64,000 nt of DNA, taken from IMG/VR virus record IMGVR_UViG_3300027759_004177, positions 292,866 to 356,865 of that record; one strand, given 5' to 3'. This document shows positions 40,897 to 50,464 of the stretch, piece after piece (the stretch's first letter is position 1; each line of letters starts with the position of its first letter). The notes beneath the pieces were generated by a model. It did no database searches and was not told the origin of the DNA. It worked only from the letters and a program-made list of their open reading frames with translations. A program made the translations under genes and the position numbers.

Positions 40897-41986
40897 TACT
40901 GTCAATTACAAGCTCTACTTCGGTGTCGGTCATTTCGGGATAGATAGGTAAACTCAATGCTTCTTTGCTGTGTGCTGTACTACCACGCATGATGTCTCTA
41001 GCATAATCCACATAATCCCAGCCCACTGGATGTTCAAATAAAGGTTGTTCGTAGTGTATTTTAGTTTCAATGCCTTTGCTGGCCAACATGCCTTGCATGG
41101 CACTACGTGATCCTGTACGAATAACAAACTTGTGCCAAGCATGTTCTACGTCTTGGTTGGGTAATAGCACATCCACCCAATCAGTTAAGTTTTCTATGTA
41201 CAAGTCAGCAATCTCTGCACGTCGTCGTTGCCAAGTATCAAAGTACTTTAATTTAACTAACATTTGAGCACAGTCTGAATCACTCATCTTGCTGTTGGTA
41301 CCAGCATGGTCGTGATTTAATACCTTGCCATTATCCCTAAGAGCCAGAGCAAATTGATAGATATCATAATCATCTGTGAGTATCATGCCGCCTGAACCAT
41401 AATTGTTTAGATTCTTTGTGGGATCAAAACTCAATACGCTTACATCGCCTAGTTTGCCTGACGGGATACCGTTGTAGGTGGCACCAAAACTTTGTGCGGC
41501 ATCTTCAATAATTTTGACATCTTCGTTAAAAAACTTGGTAACATTTAATAGTCTATTGTAGTCTAACACGTTGCCAAACATATTGACATACATGACAGTA
41601 TCTATGTGTCCGTCTAGGGCATAGTCAATTGTTTCTATATCCAACAAGGCATTATGGTCTACATCGCAGTACACAGGTTCATTGCCGGCCATTAACACTG
41701 AGTTAAGTGTGGCAACAAAACTAATGCCCGGGATCATGATCTTTTCTATGTCCTTGCTACGAGCAGTAGCCAATTGGGCAAACACCAGGGCTTGTGTTCC
41801 AGAGTTAACTGCCACAGCATATTGACGCATACATCGTTGAGCCATTTGTCGTTCAAACATCTGTGTATAGGGACCATCCAGTACTTGTCCCGTACGATAT
41901 GCACGGTCACTGGCATCAAGTATCTCGTCCCGGAGCAGTCGGTATTGGCGAGCTACGCCATTAAATGGTACGCTGTAGCCACTCAT
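40877..41986 (-). CDS. DegT/DnrJ/EryC1/StrS-family PLP-dependent sugar aminotransferase
   Basis: VNSGTQAL, FVATLNSV, IIEDAAQSFGA, SFDPTKNL (PLP lysine), GSGGMILT, HAWH, LSLPIYP. Confidence 0.93.
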   Translation of the reverse strand: MSGYSVPFNGVARQYRLLRDEILDASDRAYRTGQVLDGPYTQMFERQMAQRCMRQYAVAVNSGTQALVFAQLATARSKDIEKIMIPGISFVATLNSVLMAGNEPVYCDVDHNALLDIETIDYALDGHIDTVMYVNMFGNVLDYNRLLNVTKFFNEDVKIIEDAAQSFGATYNGIPSGKLGDVSVLSFDPTKNLNNYGSGGMILTDDYDIYQFALALRDNGKVLNHDHAGTNSKMSDSDCAQMLVKLKYFDTWQRRRAEIADLYIENLTDWVDVLLPNQDVEHAWHKFVIRTGSRSAMQGMLASKGIETKIHYEQPLFEHPVGWDYVDYARDIMRGSTAHSKEALSLPIYPEMTDTEVELVIDSITAYLN

Positions 41987-42908
41987 AATATTTTTGAAAA
42001 CCTTCTTCTATGTCCACACGTCCACGATAGCCAAAGTCTTGGCCGGCACGTATGGTGCTTAGTGTGCCACGACTGGGGAATCTTGGATTGGCATCGGCCA
42101 TTTTAATACGTCCGCCACCTGCAATCGCGACAGCCAGTTCTGCAGCTTCTAGTAGACTGCGGCCACAACTGCGTGTGATGTTATATGTACGTTTGGAACT
42201 GTTAAAACTAAGTGAGGCTTTGACAATACCATCAACGGCATCATCAACATAGGTAAAGTCTAAGTGTTCTTCTGCCCCGCATACCACAAGTTCTTGGTCT
42301 AGCATGGCACGGGTTAGGAACTTGCTGACCACGCGATCTTCAACATCTCGTGGTCCATACACCGCACTTGGACGTAACACGACATAATCAATTCCGGCCC
42401 GTTCACATAGATCACGTGTTAGGCTTTCACCGGCATACTTTAAAATACCATAGATACCTTTTGGATTACAACGCATATCTTCGTAGCCGTACAGCTCAAA
42501 GTCTCCGTAGACCATGCTAGAACTGATGTAAACAAATCTACGAACATCGAAGCGTTCGCTACAGCGTAATAAGTTAATCAATCCATTGGTCAATACTGTG
42601 GCGCCTTCTTCGGGATTTTCATCTACGGCTTTGGCCCTGGGAAATGCTGCACAATGTATCACAACATCAGGTCTACATTCATCAAACACATTTAGTAAGG
42701 CATTGTAGTTTTTAATGTCTACATGATGTATATCAGTCGTAGCAATACGTTCTAAACGTTCTTGATGTAGCTTGGACATTTCAGCATCAGGTACAATACC
42801 GTAGTTGGTAAAGTTATCTAGGATACAAACATTGTGTCCTTGTGCTTCAAGTTCAGCTACCACATTGTGCCCAATAAAACCTACACCACCGGTGACTAAT
42901 ATGTTCAT
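41961..42908 (-). CDS. NAD-dependent NDP-sugar epimerase/dehydratase (extended SDR)
   Basis: ILVTGGVGFIG, ISSSMVYG, YGILK (YxxxK), RPSAVYGP, DFTYVDD. Confidence 0.93.
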   Translation of the reverse strand: MNILVTGGVGFIGHNVVAELEAQGHNVCILDNFTNYGIVPDAEMSKLHQERLERIATTDIHHVDIKNYNALLNVFDECRPDVVIHCAAFPRAKAVDENPEEGATVLTNGLINLLRCSERFDVRRFVYISSSMVYGDFELYGYEDMRCNPKGIYGILKYAGESLTRDLCERAGIDYVVLRPSAVYGPRDVEDRVVSKFLTRAMLDQELVVCGAEEHLDFTYVDDAVDGIVKASLSFNSSKRTYNITRSCGRSLLEAAELAVAIAGGGRIKMADANPRFPSRGTLSTIRAGQDFGYRGRVDIEEGFQKYYEWLQRTI

Positions 42909-43816
42909 ACAGCCATCTCTGCTCGAATTGATGCATGGCTAGTGTAGCCTTCTAATGTGATATCTGACATGGTAAAATCAAAGATACTTTTAACATCGGG
43001 GTTGAGTAGAAGTTGTGGGGCAGGTAATGGTTCACGATCCAATTGTTCTCGAACCTGCTCTACATGATTCAAGTAGATGTGTGCATCTCCGAGAACATGA
43101 ACAAACTCCCCAACCGATAGGTCGCACACCTGAGCAATCAAGTGAGTTAAAAGAGAGTAGCTGGCAATGTTAAAAGGAACTCCTAGAAACATGTCACAAC
43201 TTCTTTGGTACATTTGGCAACTCAGTTTACGATCTCGACTTACATAAAACTGAGCAAACATGTGGCAAGGTGGTAGAGCCATTTGATCTAGTTCGCCAGG
43301 ATTCCACGCTGTTAATACATGTCTACGTCCATATGGATCTTGTTTAAGACTTTTAATTAGATCTTGTAATTGATCAACTTCTTTGATATGCAATAGGCCG
43401 CCACGATTAAAAATGTTACCAAAATCATCTTTAAATGTTTCGGCTTTGTGTTCTACAGGAGTGCGCCAACGGCGCCACTGTACTCCGTACACACGACCCA
43501 AGTCACCTTCAAATTTAGCCTTAGACTTCCAATAAGGAGCCAGAGCATTAGGAGTCCATATGGTTACTGTGCCATCGCTAGTACCATGTGTAATTTCTGC
43601 CAGTCTGCGTTCACTGCCTGAACCTTCAATCATCCATAGCAGTTCGCCTACACAGGCTCGCCAGGCAAGTTTTTTAGTAGTTACTGCCGGGAATGAAACA
43701 GATAAGTCATAGCGTTGTTGCAAACCAAACAGGCCGATAGTGCCCACGCCGGTTCGATCATCTCTTTGTTCGCCCTGCTCAAGAACTTGTCTAAGTGCGT
43801 CTAGGTATTGTTTCAT
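42905..43816 (-). CDS. thyA: Thymidylate synthase
   Basis: DDRTGVGT, ELLW, YGVQWR, MALPPCH, YQRSCDMFLGVPFNIASY, DAHIY. Confidence 0.97.
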   Translation of the reverse strand: MKQYLDALRQVLEQGEQRDDRTGVGTIGLFGLQQRYDLSVSFPAVTTKKLAWRACVGELLWMIEGSGSERRLAEITHGTSDGTVTIWTPNALAPYWKSKAKFEGDLGRVYGVQWRRWRTPVEHKAETFKDDFGNIFNRGGLLHIKEVDQLQDLIKSLKQDPYGRRHVLTAWNPGELDQMALPPCHMFAQFYVSRDRKLSCQMYQRSCDMFLGVPFNIASYSLLTHLIAQVCDLSVGEFVHVLGDAHIYLNHVEQVREQLDREPLPAPQLLLNPDVKSIFDFTMSDITLEGYTSHASIRAEMAV

Positions 43817-44598
43817 AGGTGTAATAAGTCTGTTAGGTGTTTATACAGTATTGTATGACCTTCTCGGTTAGGATGCAAGCCATCTGGGTGAAAAATAAGT
43901 TCATCCATTATTCTAGTACTGTCGGATATTGAGTTGAATTCCTGCCGAACTTGATCAGCGAACTCTGGCGTATATGTGGATAAGTTGATGTAGTTGATAT
44001 CCCAAGTATACGTTATACCAAATTCAGGATTATCTGTTCCGGGGTGTTCTTGATATTGTCCTGCTAACAAGTATATCCAACTTACCACTGTGGGCAATAG
44101 GTTTGTGTATTTGTTGAGTATATTAGTGTTTACATTATAGGTGCCACCAACACAATGTATGTTGGCATTGTGCTTTTTGGCCACTGTATCAAGTTGACGG
44201 TATATAGAGTCTTGTTGTTGACGTACTAGATTAATTAACCCGGCAGCTGTTTTAATGGCTTCGGTAAACCCGGGCAAGTTACCGGCATCACTGTCACGTT
44301 TGAGATTTAATTCAGCAAGTTCTGGCATGATAAGATCTAGCAAAGGATCAGCCATTATAAAAAATACAACGTCTCCGTCTTGGTATCGGCTCGCTAATTT
44401 ACCATCTAGATATGTGATCACACGACTGTGGTAACTACGAGCTTGACTGGCATCTACTACTGTGTATCCTGCATCGGCAAAATACTGTTTTATGCCATCA
44501 TGTTGGACCACGGGATTACCAGGAGCCCATTCTCCACGAGCCCAGCTGGATCCTGATACAAATATTTTAGGTTGGTTTGCGTTTGAAGACCGACTCAT
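43813..44598 (-). CDS. SGNH-like protein
   Basis: IFVSGSSWARG and C-terminal DGLHPN; lies between dfr and thyA. Confidence 0.5.
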   Translation of the reverse strand: MSRSSNANQPKIFVSGSSWARGEWAPGNPVVQHDGIKQYFADAGYTVVDASQARSYHSRVITYLDGKLASRYQDGDVVFFIMADPLLDLIMPELAELNLKRDSDAGNLPGFTEAIKTAAGLINLVRQQQDSIYRQLDTVAKKHNANIHCVGGTYNVNTNILNKYTNLLPTVVSWIYLLAGQYQEHPGTDNPEFGITYTWDINYINLSTYTPEFADQVRQEFNSISDSTRIMDELIFHPDGLHPNREGHTILYKHLTDLLHL

Positions 44599-45067
44599 AG
44601 ACCGTAAATGTTGATTGAAAATCTCGACTTACTTGAGCACGTACAGGATGGAATCCTGTCAAGAACTCTTTTACATATATTCTAGTGTCTGCACGATAAG
44701 TTCCTTTGACGTGTGTTAGGTATATCCTATCAAACAAAGGTTTAGCAGTTTCTAACAGGGCGGAACCACCAATCACAAATATTTTTTTAGTGGGATTTTC
44801 ACGCTCTAGATCCAGAAGTTTTTCTTGTACATCTCCGCTGAAAGGATTTGCATGTGTCACAGGTCTATGTGTGGCTACATACACAGTACGATTAGGTAAC
44901 GGCTTGGGCATCTTGGGATCGTCCCAGGTCTTGCGGCCCATGACAACCACATGCCCAGTGGTCAAGTTTTTAAAGTGTTGTAAATCTTCAGCGTTATGCG
45001 GCCAAGGTAACGTTCCGTTATGGCCCATACCGCCGTTGAAATCAACGGCAAATATAGCATTTATCAT
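44567..45067 (-). CDS. folA: Dihydrofolate reductase
   Basis: GGMGHNGTLPW, DLQHFK, VVMGRKTW, PLPNR, FVIGGS. Confidence 0.95.
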   Translation of the reverse strand: MINAIFAVDFNGGMGHNGTLPWPHNAEDLQHFKNLTTGHVVVMGRKTWDDPKMPKPLPNRTVYVATHRPVTHANPFSGDVQEKLLDLERENPTKKIFVIGGSALLETAKPLFDRIYLTHVKGTYRADTRIYVKEFLTGFHPVRAQVSRDFQSTFTVYESVFKRKPT

Positions 45068-45411
45068 AAGTCTTTGAGTAAGTTGTCAGTGAAAGGCTGG
45101 ATTACTTTGGCCACGCTGTCTACACTTATATGAAAATCAACATCTTGTATGATATCATCCAAGGCTTCTAGTTTGGCATTGATAATTTTTTCCACTACAG
45201 CAGGATCGGCACCTTCGTCAATCATCTCAGCGACGTTGACATCTACACTGGTGCCATCTTTTAAATTAACAGTAATATAACGTAAGACACCAATGGGTAC
45301 TTGTTCTTTGGTTACTTCTTTTAAGAGCTTTTCCCATTGATCTTTACGGTTTAAGTTAAGCCGCTTGCTTCTTGGTCGTCGTGGCTTTTTTGGCTCTTGT
45401 TGGTTTGGCAT
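45064..45411 (-). CDS. Hypothetical protein
   Basis: 115-aa ORF overlapping neighbours. Confidence 0.7.
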   Translation of the reverse strand: MPNQQEPKKPRRPRSKRLNLNRKDQWEKLLKEVTKEQVPIGVLRYITVNLKDGTSVDVNVAEMIDEGADPAVVEKIINAKLEALDDIIQDVDFHISVDSVAKVIQPFTDNLLKDL

Positions 45412-46060
45412 TTTTCGCAGGTGTTAGTGATTGTGCTTCTTCAGTTAAACGCTTGGCTTCGGCTAATAGTTGCTCGGCTTGTTTTTGCATCTGAGCAGCC
45501 TGGCTTAGTCTTTGTGTGGCCAAATCATCATCGCTTAGTACACCCTTGAGATAGGCAGCGGCGCTATCGGTTGCTTCAACATCAAGATTGGTTCTGCTGA
45601 TACTGGAATTGTTTGGTGGCATACCAACTTCACGACCTTCTGTGGTACGACGTTTTTTAGTTTGCAATCCTGCATTGGCGTCAATGTCGGCCAACTTCTT
45701 GATGGCCTCTTCGCCTTTTTCCATTTCATCTAGGATACTGTTTAGTTCATCTAAACGTACACTGGATTTCATTGTGGGAGTTATCAACACTTGGCTGGTT
45801 GGAACCTTCTTGATAAAACCTTCTTTGTGTAATACTTCAAGAGCATTACGACCATCAGCCATGGTTGTACGGAACAACACGTCACTGAATTCTTTGGCGT
45901 TTTGACCAATTGGGCTTTCCAAGGCCTTCATGACTTCGTCATGAATCATGCGTGGAAGTGTTTCGCTGTATGTAAGCAAGGCCATATGATCCTCGTTTGG
46001 TACACGGCGCCATAGTAATACTATTCTTTTGTTGTTGTGTTTACCCACATGTTTAATCAT
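45356..46060 (-). CDS. Hypothetical protein with coiled-coil and basic C-terminal tail
   Basis: 234-aa ORF with AGGA upstream. Confidence 0.75.
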   Translation of the reverse strand: MIKHVGKHNNKRIVLLWRRVPNEDHMALLTYSETLPRMIHDEVMKALESPIGQNAKEFSDVLFRTTMADGRNALEVLHKEGFIKKVPTSQVLITPTMKSSVRLDELNSILDEMEKGEEAIKKLADIDANAGLQTKKRRTTEGREVGMPPNNSSISRTNLDVEATDSAAAYLKGVLSDDDLATQRLSQAAQMQKQAEQLLAEAKRLTEEAQSLTPAKNAKPTRAKKATTTKKQAA

Positions 46061-46074
46061 TTTGAATTTTCCTT

Positions 46075-46332
46075 TTATTCAGCAGCTGGTGTGGCTACTG
46101 TTTCATCACTGGCTGGTGCAGAAGATGATGACATTGCGCCACTGGCTGTAAGGAAAGTGGTTATGCGATCAAATACTCCGCCAATCTGTGTGAATTCTTC
46201 GGCACGAAATGCGCCACGTGTACTGGCCAACTGAAGGGCCTGGGCACACAGCATCAAGTCCGATAATTGTAACTGAACTGCTGTTTCATCGGGCTGTGCT
46301 ACTTGTTCTTGTTGTATTGCTTGTTCTTGCAT
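46075..46332 (-). CDS. Hypothetical protein
   Basis: 85 aa; SD GGAG; upstream CGTAAATA box at 46357-46364. Confidence 0.7.
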   Translation of the reverse strand: MQEQAIQQEQVAQPDETAVQLQLSDLMLCAQALQLASTRGAFRAEEFTQIGGVFDRITTFLTASGAMSSSSAPASDETVATPAAE

Positions 46333-46389
46333 AGATATCTCCGTAAACTATGCATATATTTACGATCTATACAGCCACCGGAAAAATTT

Positions 46390-46680
46390 TTAGAACTCGA
46401 AATCGAAGGTGTTGATTTGATCTAGTACTAGGGCAAACATACTAGCTTCTACGGCTATTTCAAATGCGGCACAGCGATGGCTGTGTACATTGGCATCGGC
46501 ATCTTTGTAATACTGTTCACCATGGTAAAACCTACCTGAAAGATTGGTCCAGATCCAATCTGAAATGGTTTTTTCGGTGCATTTTAATTCAAAGGTAACC
46601 GGTGTAAAGTGCGGCGGGCAATGATCTAATTCTCTAAGTCCAAATACCGCCAGGGGATTGGCTTCGTTATACTTTAGCAC
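46390..46680 (-). CDS. Hypothetical protein
   Basis: 96-aa ORF in the coupled series. Confidence 0.65.
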   Translation of the reverse strand: MLKYNEANPLAVFGLRELDHCPPHFTPVTFELKCTEKTISDWIWTNLSGRFYHGEQYYKDADANVHSHRCAAFEIAVEASMFALVLDQINTFDFEF

Positions 46681-46966
46681 TGGACCGGATGGAATCGATG
46701 GTTTCTTGGCTTAGTTCGCCTTCAACCAAGGTAAATTTGGTATCGCTTTGATCAGCTTCGGGTATTACCAATCTATCTGCAAGCAAGGCTTCAGCATCAC
46801 GCACAAAAGTTTCGGTTACTTGATACTGTTTGGTATACTGAGCAATTTCCATGGAGCGGCTAAGATCATCTAGACAGTTTTCTAGTTTGAGAATACGCAA
46901 CTGCAACTTTAGTGCCAATTCACGTGCGGCCTTGGGTTTTAAATCTTTGGGATTTACAAATTCCAT
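46667..46966 (-). CDS. Hypothetical protein
   Basis: 99-aa ORF in the coupled series. Confidence 0.65.
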   Translation of the reverse strand: MEFVNPKDLKPKAARELALKLQLRILKLENCLDDLSRSMEIAQYTKQYQVTETFVRDAEALLADRLVIPEADQSDTKFTLVEGELSQETIDSIRSSAKV

Positions 46967-47148
46967 TATTCTACTCCAAAATGTTTTAAAATATTGTCAC
47001 TGCTCTGATAAGGTTCGGCGGTGTGTGCAATATCAGCACACTCCCGCACAATGGCCTGGGCAAACTCTTCAACCTTGAGTCGCCATATGGGGCTATGAGC
47101 AATGGTAAAGTGAGTGTCCTCGGCTATGCGTTGGATATTTTCGTTCAT
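46966..47148 (-). CDS. Hypothetical protein (MNENIQRIAED...)
   Basis: ATG at 47148 overlaps the vWA stop (ATGA); 60 aa. The track start at 47232 is probably too long. Confidence 0.6.
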   Translation of the reverse strand: MNENIQRIAEDTHFTIAHSPIWRLKVEEFAQAIVRECADIAHTAEPYQSSDNILKHFGVE

Positions 47149-48389
47149 TTCACAGCATCTTCGTAGTGGGCATACACACCAAACTCGGGCTGGGCTTCTT
47201 TGTTGCCTTTGATAATCCACACAGTATCGCAATACTGCTCGACCTGATCAGGGCTCCAACCAAAGAAACAAAAGTCAGTAAACATGATCAATTTCTTGGG
47301 TTCGATGTTGTTTTCTTCCAACCAAGTCCAAACACAATGCGGATCTGTACCACCGCCACCACCCGGTACAAAGCTCTCAATGTCAGCGATATTGTCCGAT
47401 GTGAATATTTCGTGATTGTGTACTTGGGTATCCCAACCCAACACATGGATACGATATTCGTCGTAACTTTCCATGATACCTTTGATTTCACTCAAGAAAA
47501 TCTTGAGATCTGGGTCAGTGATACTACCTGAAGTATCAATACCAATCACAACATCAATCTGGTTGCCGGGCAACATGCCGGGCATGACAGCATCCATATG
47601 CCACCCTCTGCGGCTGGGACGTTGCCAAGTAAAATCACTCTTGATAGAACTTTCAACCTGCTGATTGATCAACTCACGCCAGTTAATCACAGGTTCGGTT
47701 AGGTCCTTGATCATGCGTTTGACACCACCGGGCAAATTACCTGCACCCGAAGCATTGGCGGCATTTAGTACTGCATCTTTGATTTCGTCGCGAATAGCCT
47801 TCTTTTCTTCTTCGCTCAGGCGTGGACGACCGTTGCCTGGCTTGTCGCCATCTTCGCCTTCACCACCTTCTCCGTCCAAATGTTCGTCTAGTAGACGCTT
47901 CATCAATTCATCAATGTTGATTTTGTCGGCATTGGCATACAAGTCATCATACACTTCTTCGGCACTCATACCTTTGTACTTCGAGTCGTACAGGGCAACG
48001 GGAATCTTGTCGCCAATACGTTGTTCTACCAGGTCCCAGTTTACGCAATAGTCATCGGCAATGTTCCACAGTTTTGGATCTCTGTTGCCACGACGTCCCA
48101 TATGGTCATAAACCGCATGAAGCACTTCATGTCCGACCAAGAATTCCAATTGCTTTAGGGGAAGGTTATTGACAAACTCTGAATTATAGTAAAATTTACG
48201 GCCGTCTGTGGCGGCAGTAGGACACCATTCATCTGCGTTGATAAGTGTTAGGCGGGTAGCAAGGTTGCCAAAGAATGGAGCACGGAGCAAAAGACCAATA
48301 CGTGCGGTAACCAGTTTTTCGCGGGCACTTGCATCCGTCTTGGGATCTGTTACTGTTACCGCTTTACTTTTTTCTGCTAGTGTAGTCAT
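47145..48389 (-). CDS. DUF2201-like protein: HExxH metallopeptidase-like N-terminus plus vWA domain
   Basis: AATDG, HEVLH, WNIADDY, WQRPSRR, IDTSGS (MIDAS), GGGGT, FTD. ATG at 48389 has SD AGGAG. Confidence 0.88.
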   Translation of the reverse strand: MTTLAEKSKAVTVTDPKTDASAREKLVTARIGLLLRAPFFGNLATRLTLINADEWCPTAATDGRKFYYNSEFVNNLPLKQLEFLVGHEVLHAVYDHMGRRGNRDPKLWNIADDYCVNWDLVEQRIGDKIPVALYDSKYKGMSAEEVYDDLYANADKINIDELMKRLLDEHLDGEGGEGEDGDKPGNGRPRLSEEEKKAIRDEIKDAVLNAANASGAGNLPGGVKRMIKDLTEPVINWRELINQQVESSIKSDFTWQRPSRRGWHMDAVMPGMLPGNQIDVVIGIDTSGSITDPDLKIFLSEIKGIMESYDEYRIHVLGWDTQVHNHEIFTSDNIADIESFVPGGGGGTDPHCVWTWLEENNIEPKKLIMFTDFCFFGWSPDQVEQYCDTVWIIKGNKEAQPEFGVYAHYEDAVK

Positions 48390-48413
48390 TCTGTTCGCTC
48401 CTGTATTATATAT

Positions 48414-48442
48414 ATTATACATTTAATTGATTTTTTGGTCAA
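48414..48442 (-). promoter_or_regulatory. Sigma70-type promoter of the vWA gene
   Basis: TTGACC, 17-nt spacer, TATAAT, with TG at the extended -10 position. Confidence 0.8.
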
Positions 48443-48734
48443 CCTTTTGGTTAGCACGGTTTTTTCGTTGATTAAACACATCTTCCATGCCCTGTACACT
48501 AGAACCAGGCTTGATCACTTGTGGTGCTGTGGGCTGGCTGACTGCGACTGTGGCACGTGGTTCAGGTGCTGTGGGACGGCAAATATCATTGCCGCTGATG
48601 CTTCGGCTGATCTTGCAGTCTTGATCGCGAACAGCACTGATACCATGGTCTGCTAGACCTTTACCGGTGGTTTCTACCGAAGCCACACTAGCTAGACCGA
48701 CTATGAGCAAAGGACCTATGACCATTGTGGCCAC
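48423..48734 (-). CDS. Hypothetical protein
   Basis: 103 aa; hydrophobic N-terminus and two Cys; start uncertain (GTG 48734 or ATG 48725). Confidence 0.5.
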   Translation of the reverse strand: MATMVIGPLLIVGLASVASVETTGKGLADHGISAVRDQDCKISRSISGNDICRPTAPEPRATVAVSQPTAPQVIKPGSSVQGMEDVFNQRKNRANQKVDQKIN

Positions 48735-48913
48735 CTTAACATAAAATAAGTACGGTCTGCTGGGTCGGGGATATATAACATCATTTGTCCTAGTGCTATC
48801 TTATTGTGGCCTAACCAAGTACCAATGGATTCTTTGTTATCTAACCACCATTTACGATTCATGACTACACAAATCTCTGGAGTATCTAGATCTGGACAAA
48901 AGTCATAGTTCAT
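48716..48913 (-). CDS. Hypothetical protein
   Basis: 65-aa ORF following the AAA+ gene. Confidence 0.5.
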   Translation of the reverse strand: MNYDFCPDLDTPEICVVMNRKWWLDNKESIGTWLGHNKIALGQMMLYIPDPADRTYFMLRWPQWS

Positions 48914-48968
48914 AAGAATAAGGAGGACTTACAGCGTGTGCCTGCCCCCTGCCTGTGACAGCAACCTT

Positions 48969-50078
48969 TTACTTACCGCCTGCCGCGATAATGTACTTGC
49001 CGTACCGCTTGTGGAACTCATCAAAGTTCTTGAGCTTGCCTGGTACCAGGGGTAAGTTGTAAGTGGTCAACGCAACTCTAGCACCCATAACAACCAATTC
49101 AGTGGTAAAGTTATCCATCATAAAGCGGAAGAAGTTATCGGCCATACCGTGCCATTGGCTGATCTTTTCCTTGCCTAGTTTGGCATAAGCATCTTGCAAT
49201 TCATAGCACATGGACACAGTCAAGGAGTACATGGCACTGACTTCTTTGACATCTAAAGTCTTGACCTTACCTGCCAAGATTTCGCTTGGGTTAGGCATCT
49301 TGCTGGCAACCTTGCGGTGTGCCATAAACTTAACTGCCAAGCCATCACCGATAGTACCAGCAATCAAGTCCGACAATTCTGCATCTGTGGCATCTTCGTC
49401 ATGTAAGAATTCACTTACAAAGTGCCATGAACGTGGTGTTGCAAAGGCACGGCTGGCTGAGCGTGGGTTAAAATCCATCAAGTCTTGCTTGGCAAAACCA
49501 ATGTAACCTACCACGTCCTTGTGCTCACGATTCTGCACAGCCCACTCGTTCCATGAGTCGTAATCAGCACGTACTTCCAAATGTACGAAACGATTTGCCA
49601 GGGGCATTGGCATACGGAAACTAACACCTTTGTCGCTTTCACGATTACCCGCGGCCACAATTACCACATTCTTGGGCAGGTGATACTTGCCTAGTCTGCG
49701 ATTGAGAATCAACTGATAGGCCGCGGCCTGTACTGCCGGGGCCGCCACATTCATCTCGTCTAAGAACAAGGTCACAACAGGGTATTCTGCGGCCAACTCT
49801 GGTGTTGGTAAGTCCACTGGCTCGGCCCAGTCCATTTTGCCCAACTCTTTGTTATAAAACGGAATACCACGCAGATCTGTGGGCTCCATTTGGCCTAGAC
49901 GTAAGTCAATGGTATAACCGCCTAATTCTTGGGTAAGACCGGCTACCAATTCACTTTTACCTACTCCGGGAGGACCCCAAATAAAAACAGGGCGTTGGAC
50001 TTTGAATGCACGAAGCAAGCGGCTACGGCATTCATTGGGTGTTACTGTACGGCTTTCACTAATAGTTGTACTCATCAC
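48969..50078 (-). CDS. MoxR-type AAA+ ATPase
   Basis: Walker A GPPGVGKS, Walker B LFLDEMN, QLILNR, AAGN, LANRF, TPRSW; partner vWA gene downstream. Confidence 0.92.
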   Translation of the reverse strand: MMSTTISESRTVTPNECRSRLLRAFKVQRPVFIWGPPGVGKSELVAGLTQELGGYTIDLRLGQMEPTDLRGIPFYNKELGKMDWAEPVDLPTPELAAEYPVVTLFLDEMNVAAPAVQAAAYQLILNRRLGKYHLPKNVVIVAAGNRESDKGVSFRMPMPLANRFVHLEVRADYDSWNEWAVQNREHKDVVGYIGFAKQDLMDFNPRSASRAFATPRSWHFVSEFLHDEDATDAELSDLIAGTIGDGLAVKFMAHRKVASKMPNPSEILAGKVKTLDVKEVSAMYSLTVSMCYELQDAYAKLGKEKISQWHGMADNFFRFMMDNFTTELVVMGARVALTTYNLPLVPGKLKNFDEFHKRYGKYIIAAGGK

Positions 50079-50119
50079 AGGCTCCTAAAAATTACTACAA
50101 AATTAACTACTATAGAACT

Positions 50120-50148
50120 ATTATACAATTAAATGATTTTACGGTCTA
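50120..50148 (-). promoter_or_regulatory. Sigma70-type promoter of the AAA+ gene
   Basis: TAGACC, 17-nt spacer, TATAAT, with extended TG; SD AGGAG downstream. Confidence 0.7.
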
Positions 50149-50464
50149 CTAAATTTTCACGATCGCTGTAAATTTTATTACCACGATCACGAATTAAATC
50201 AGCCGAACCTTGCGGATCTGCGTCAAACATACCACGAATATCTTCGTCTGAAATACCTTCCGCCACATTCATGGTATAGATTTCATAATGTCTTTGGCTG
50301 TTGGCCCTAGCACGAAGCATCAAATGATTGACCATACTGCCCAACCGAACCGGTGGATCTTCATTCTTGAGTGTGGCCCAAGTGGCTTCTTTTTCATAGT
50401 CTGTGATATTGATCACAGCCTCAAGCCCCGTGCAGTCCCACGACACAAGAAACAGGTTGCTCAT
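50129..50464 (-). CDS. Hypothetical protein
   Basis: 111-aa ORF; ATGA overlap with the upstream gene. Confidence 0.7.
   Translation of the reverse strand: MSNLFLVSWDCTGLEAVINITDYEKEATWATLKNEDPPVRLGSMVNHLMLRARANSQRHYEIYTMNVAEGISDEDIRGMFDADPQGSADLIRDRGNKIYSDRENLVDRKII

Noticed and set aside
17767-42908. A captured bacterial O-antigen or capsule locus (host contamination or chimeric assembly)
   Set aside because: No wzx, wzy, wzm or wzt-like membrane genes; the genes are contiguous with phage genes on both sides, and a paralogous SGNH gene recurs among replication genes. Read coverage could not be checked.
42905-43816. thyA as a possible dCMP hydroxymethylase or other base-modifying paralogue
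   Set aside because: It keeps the canonical PCH and YQRSCDMFLGVPFN motifs, including the dUMP-specifying Asn, and lies near dfr, so it is an ordinary thymidylate synthase.
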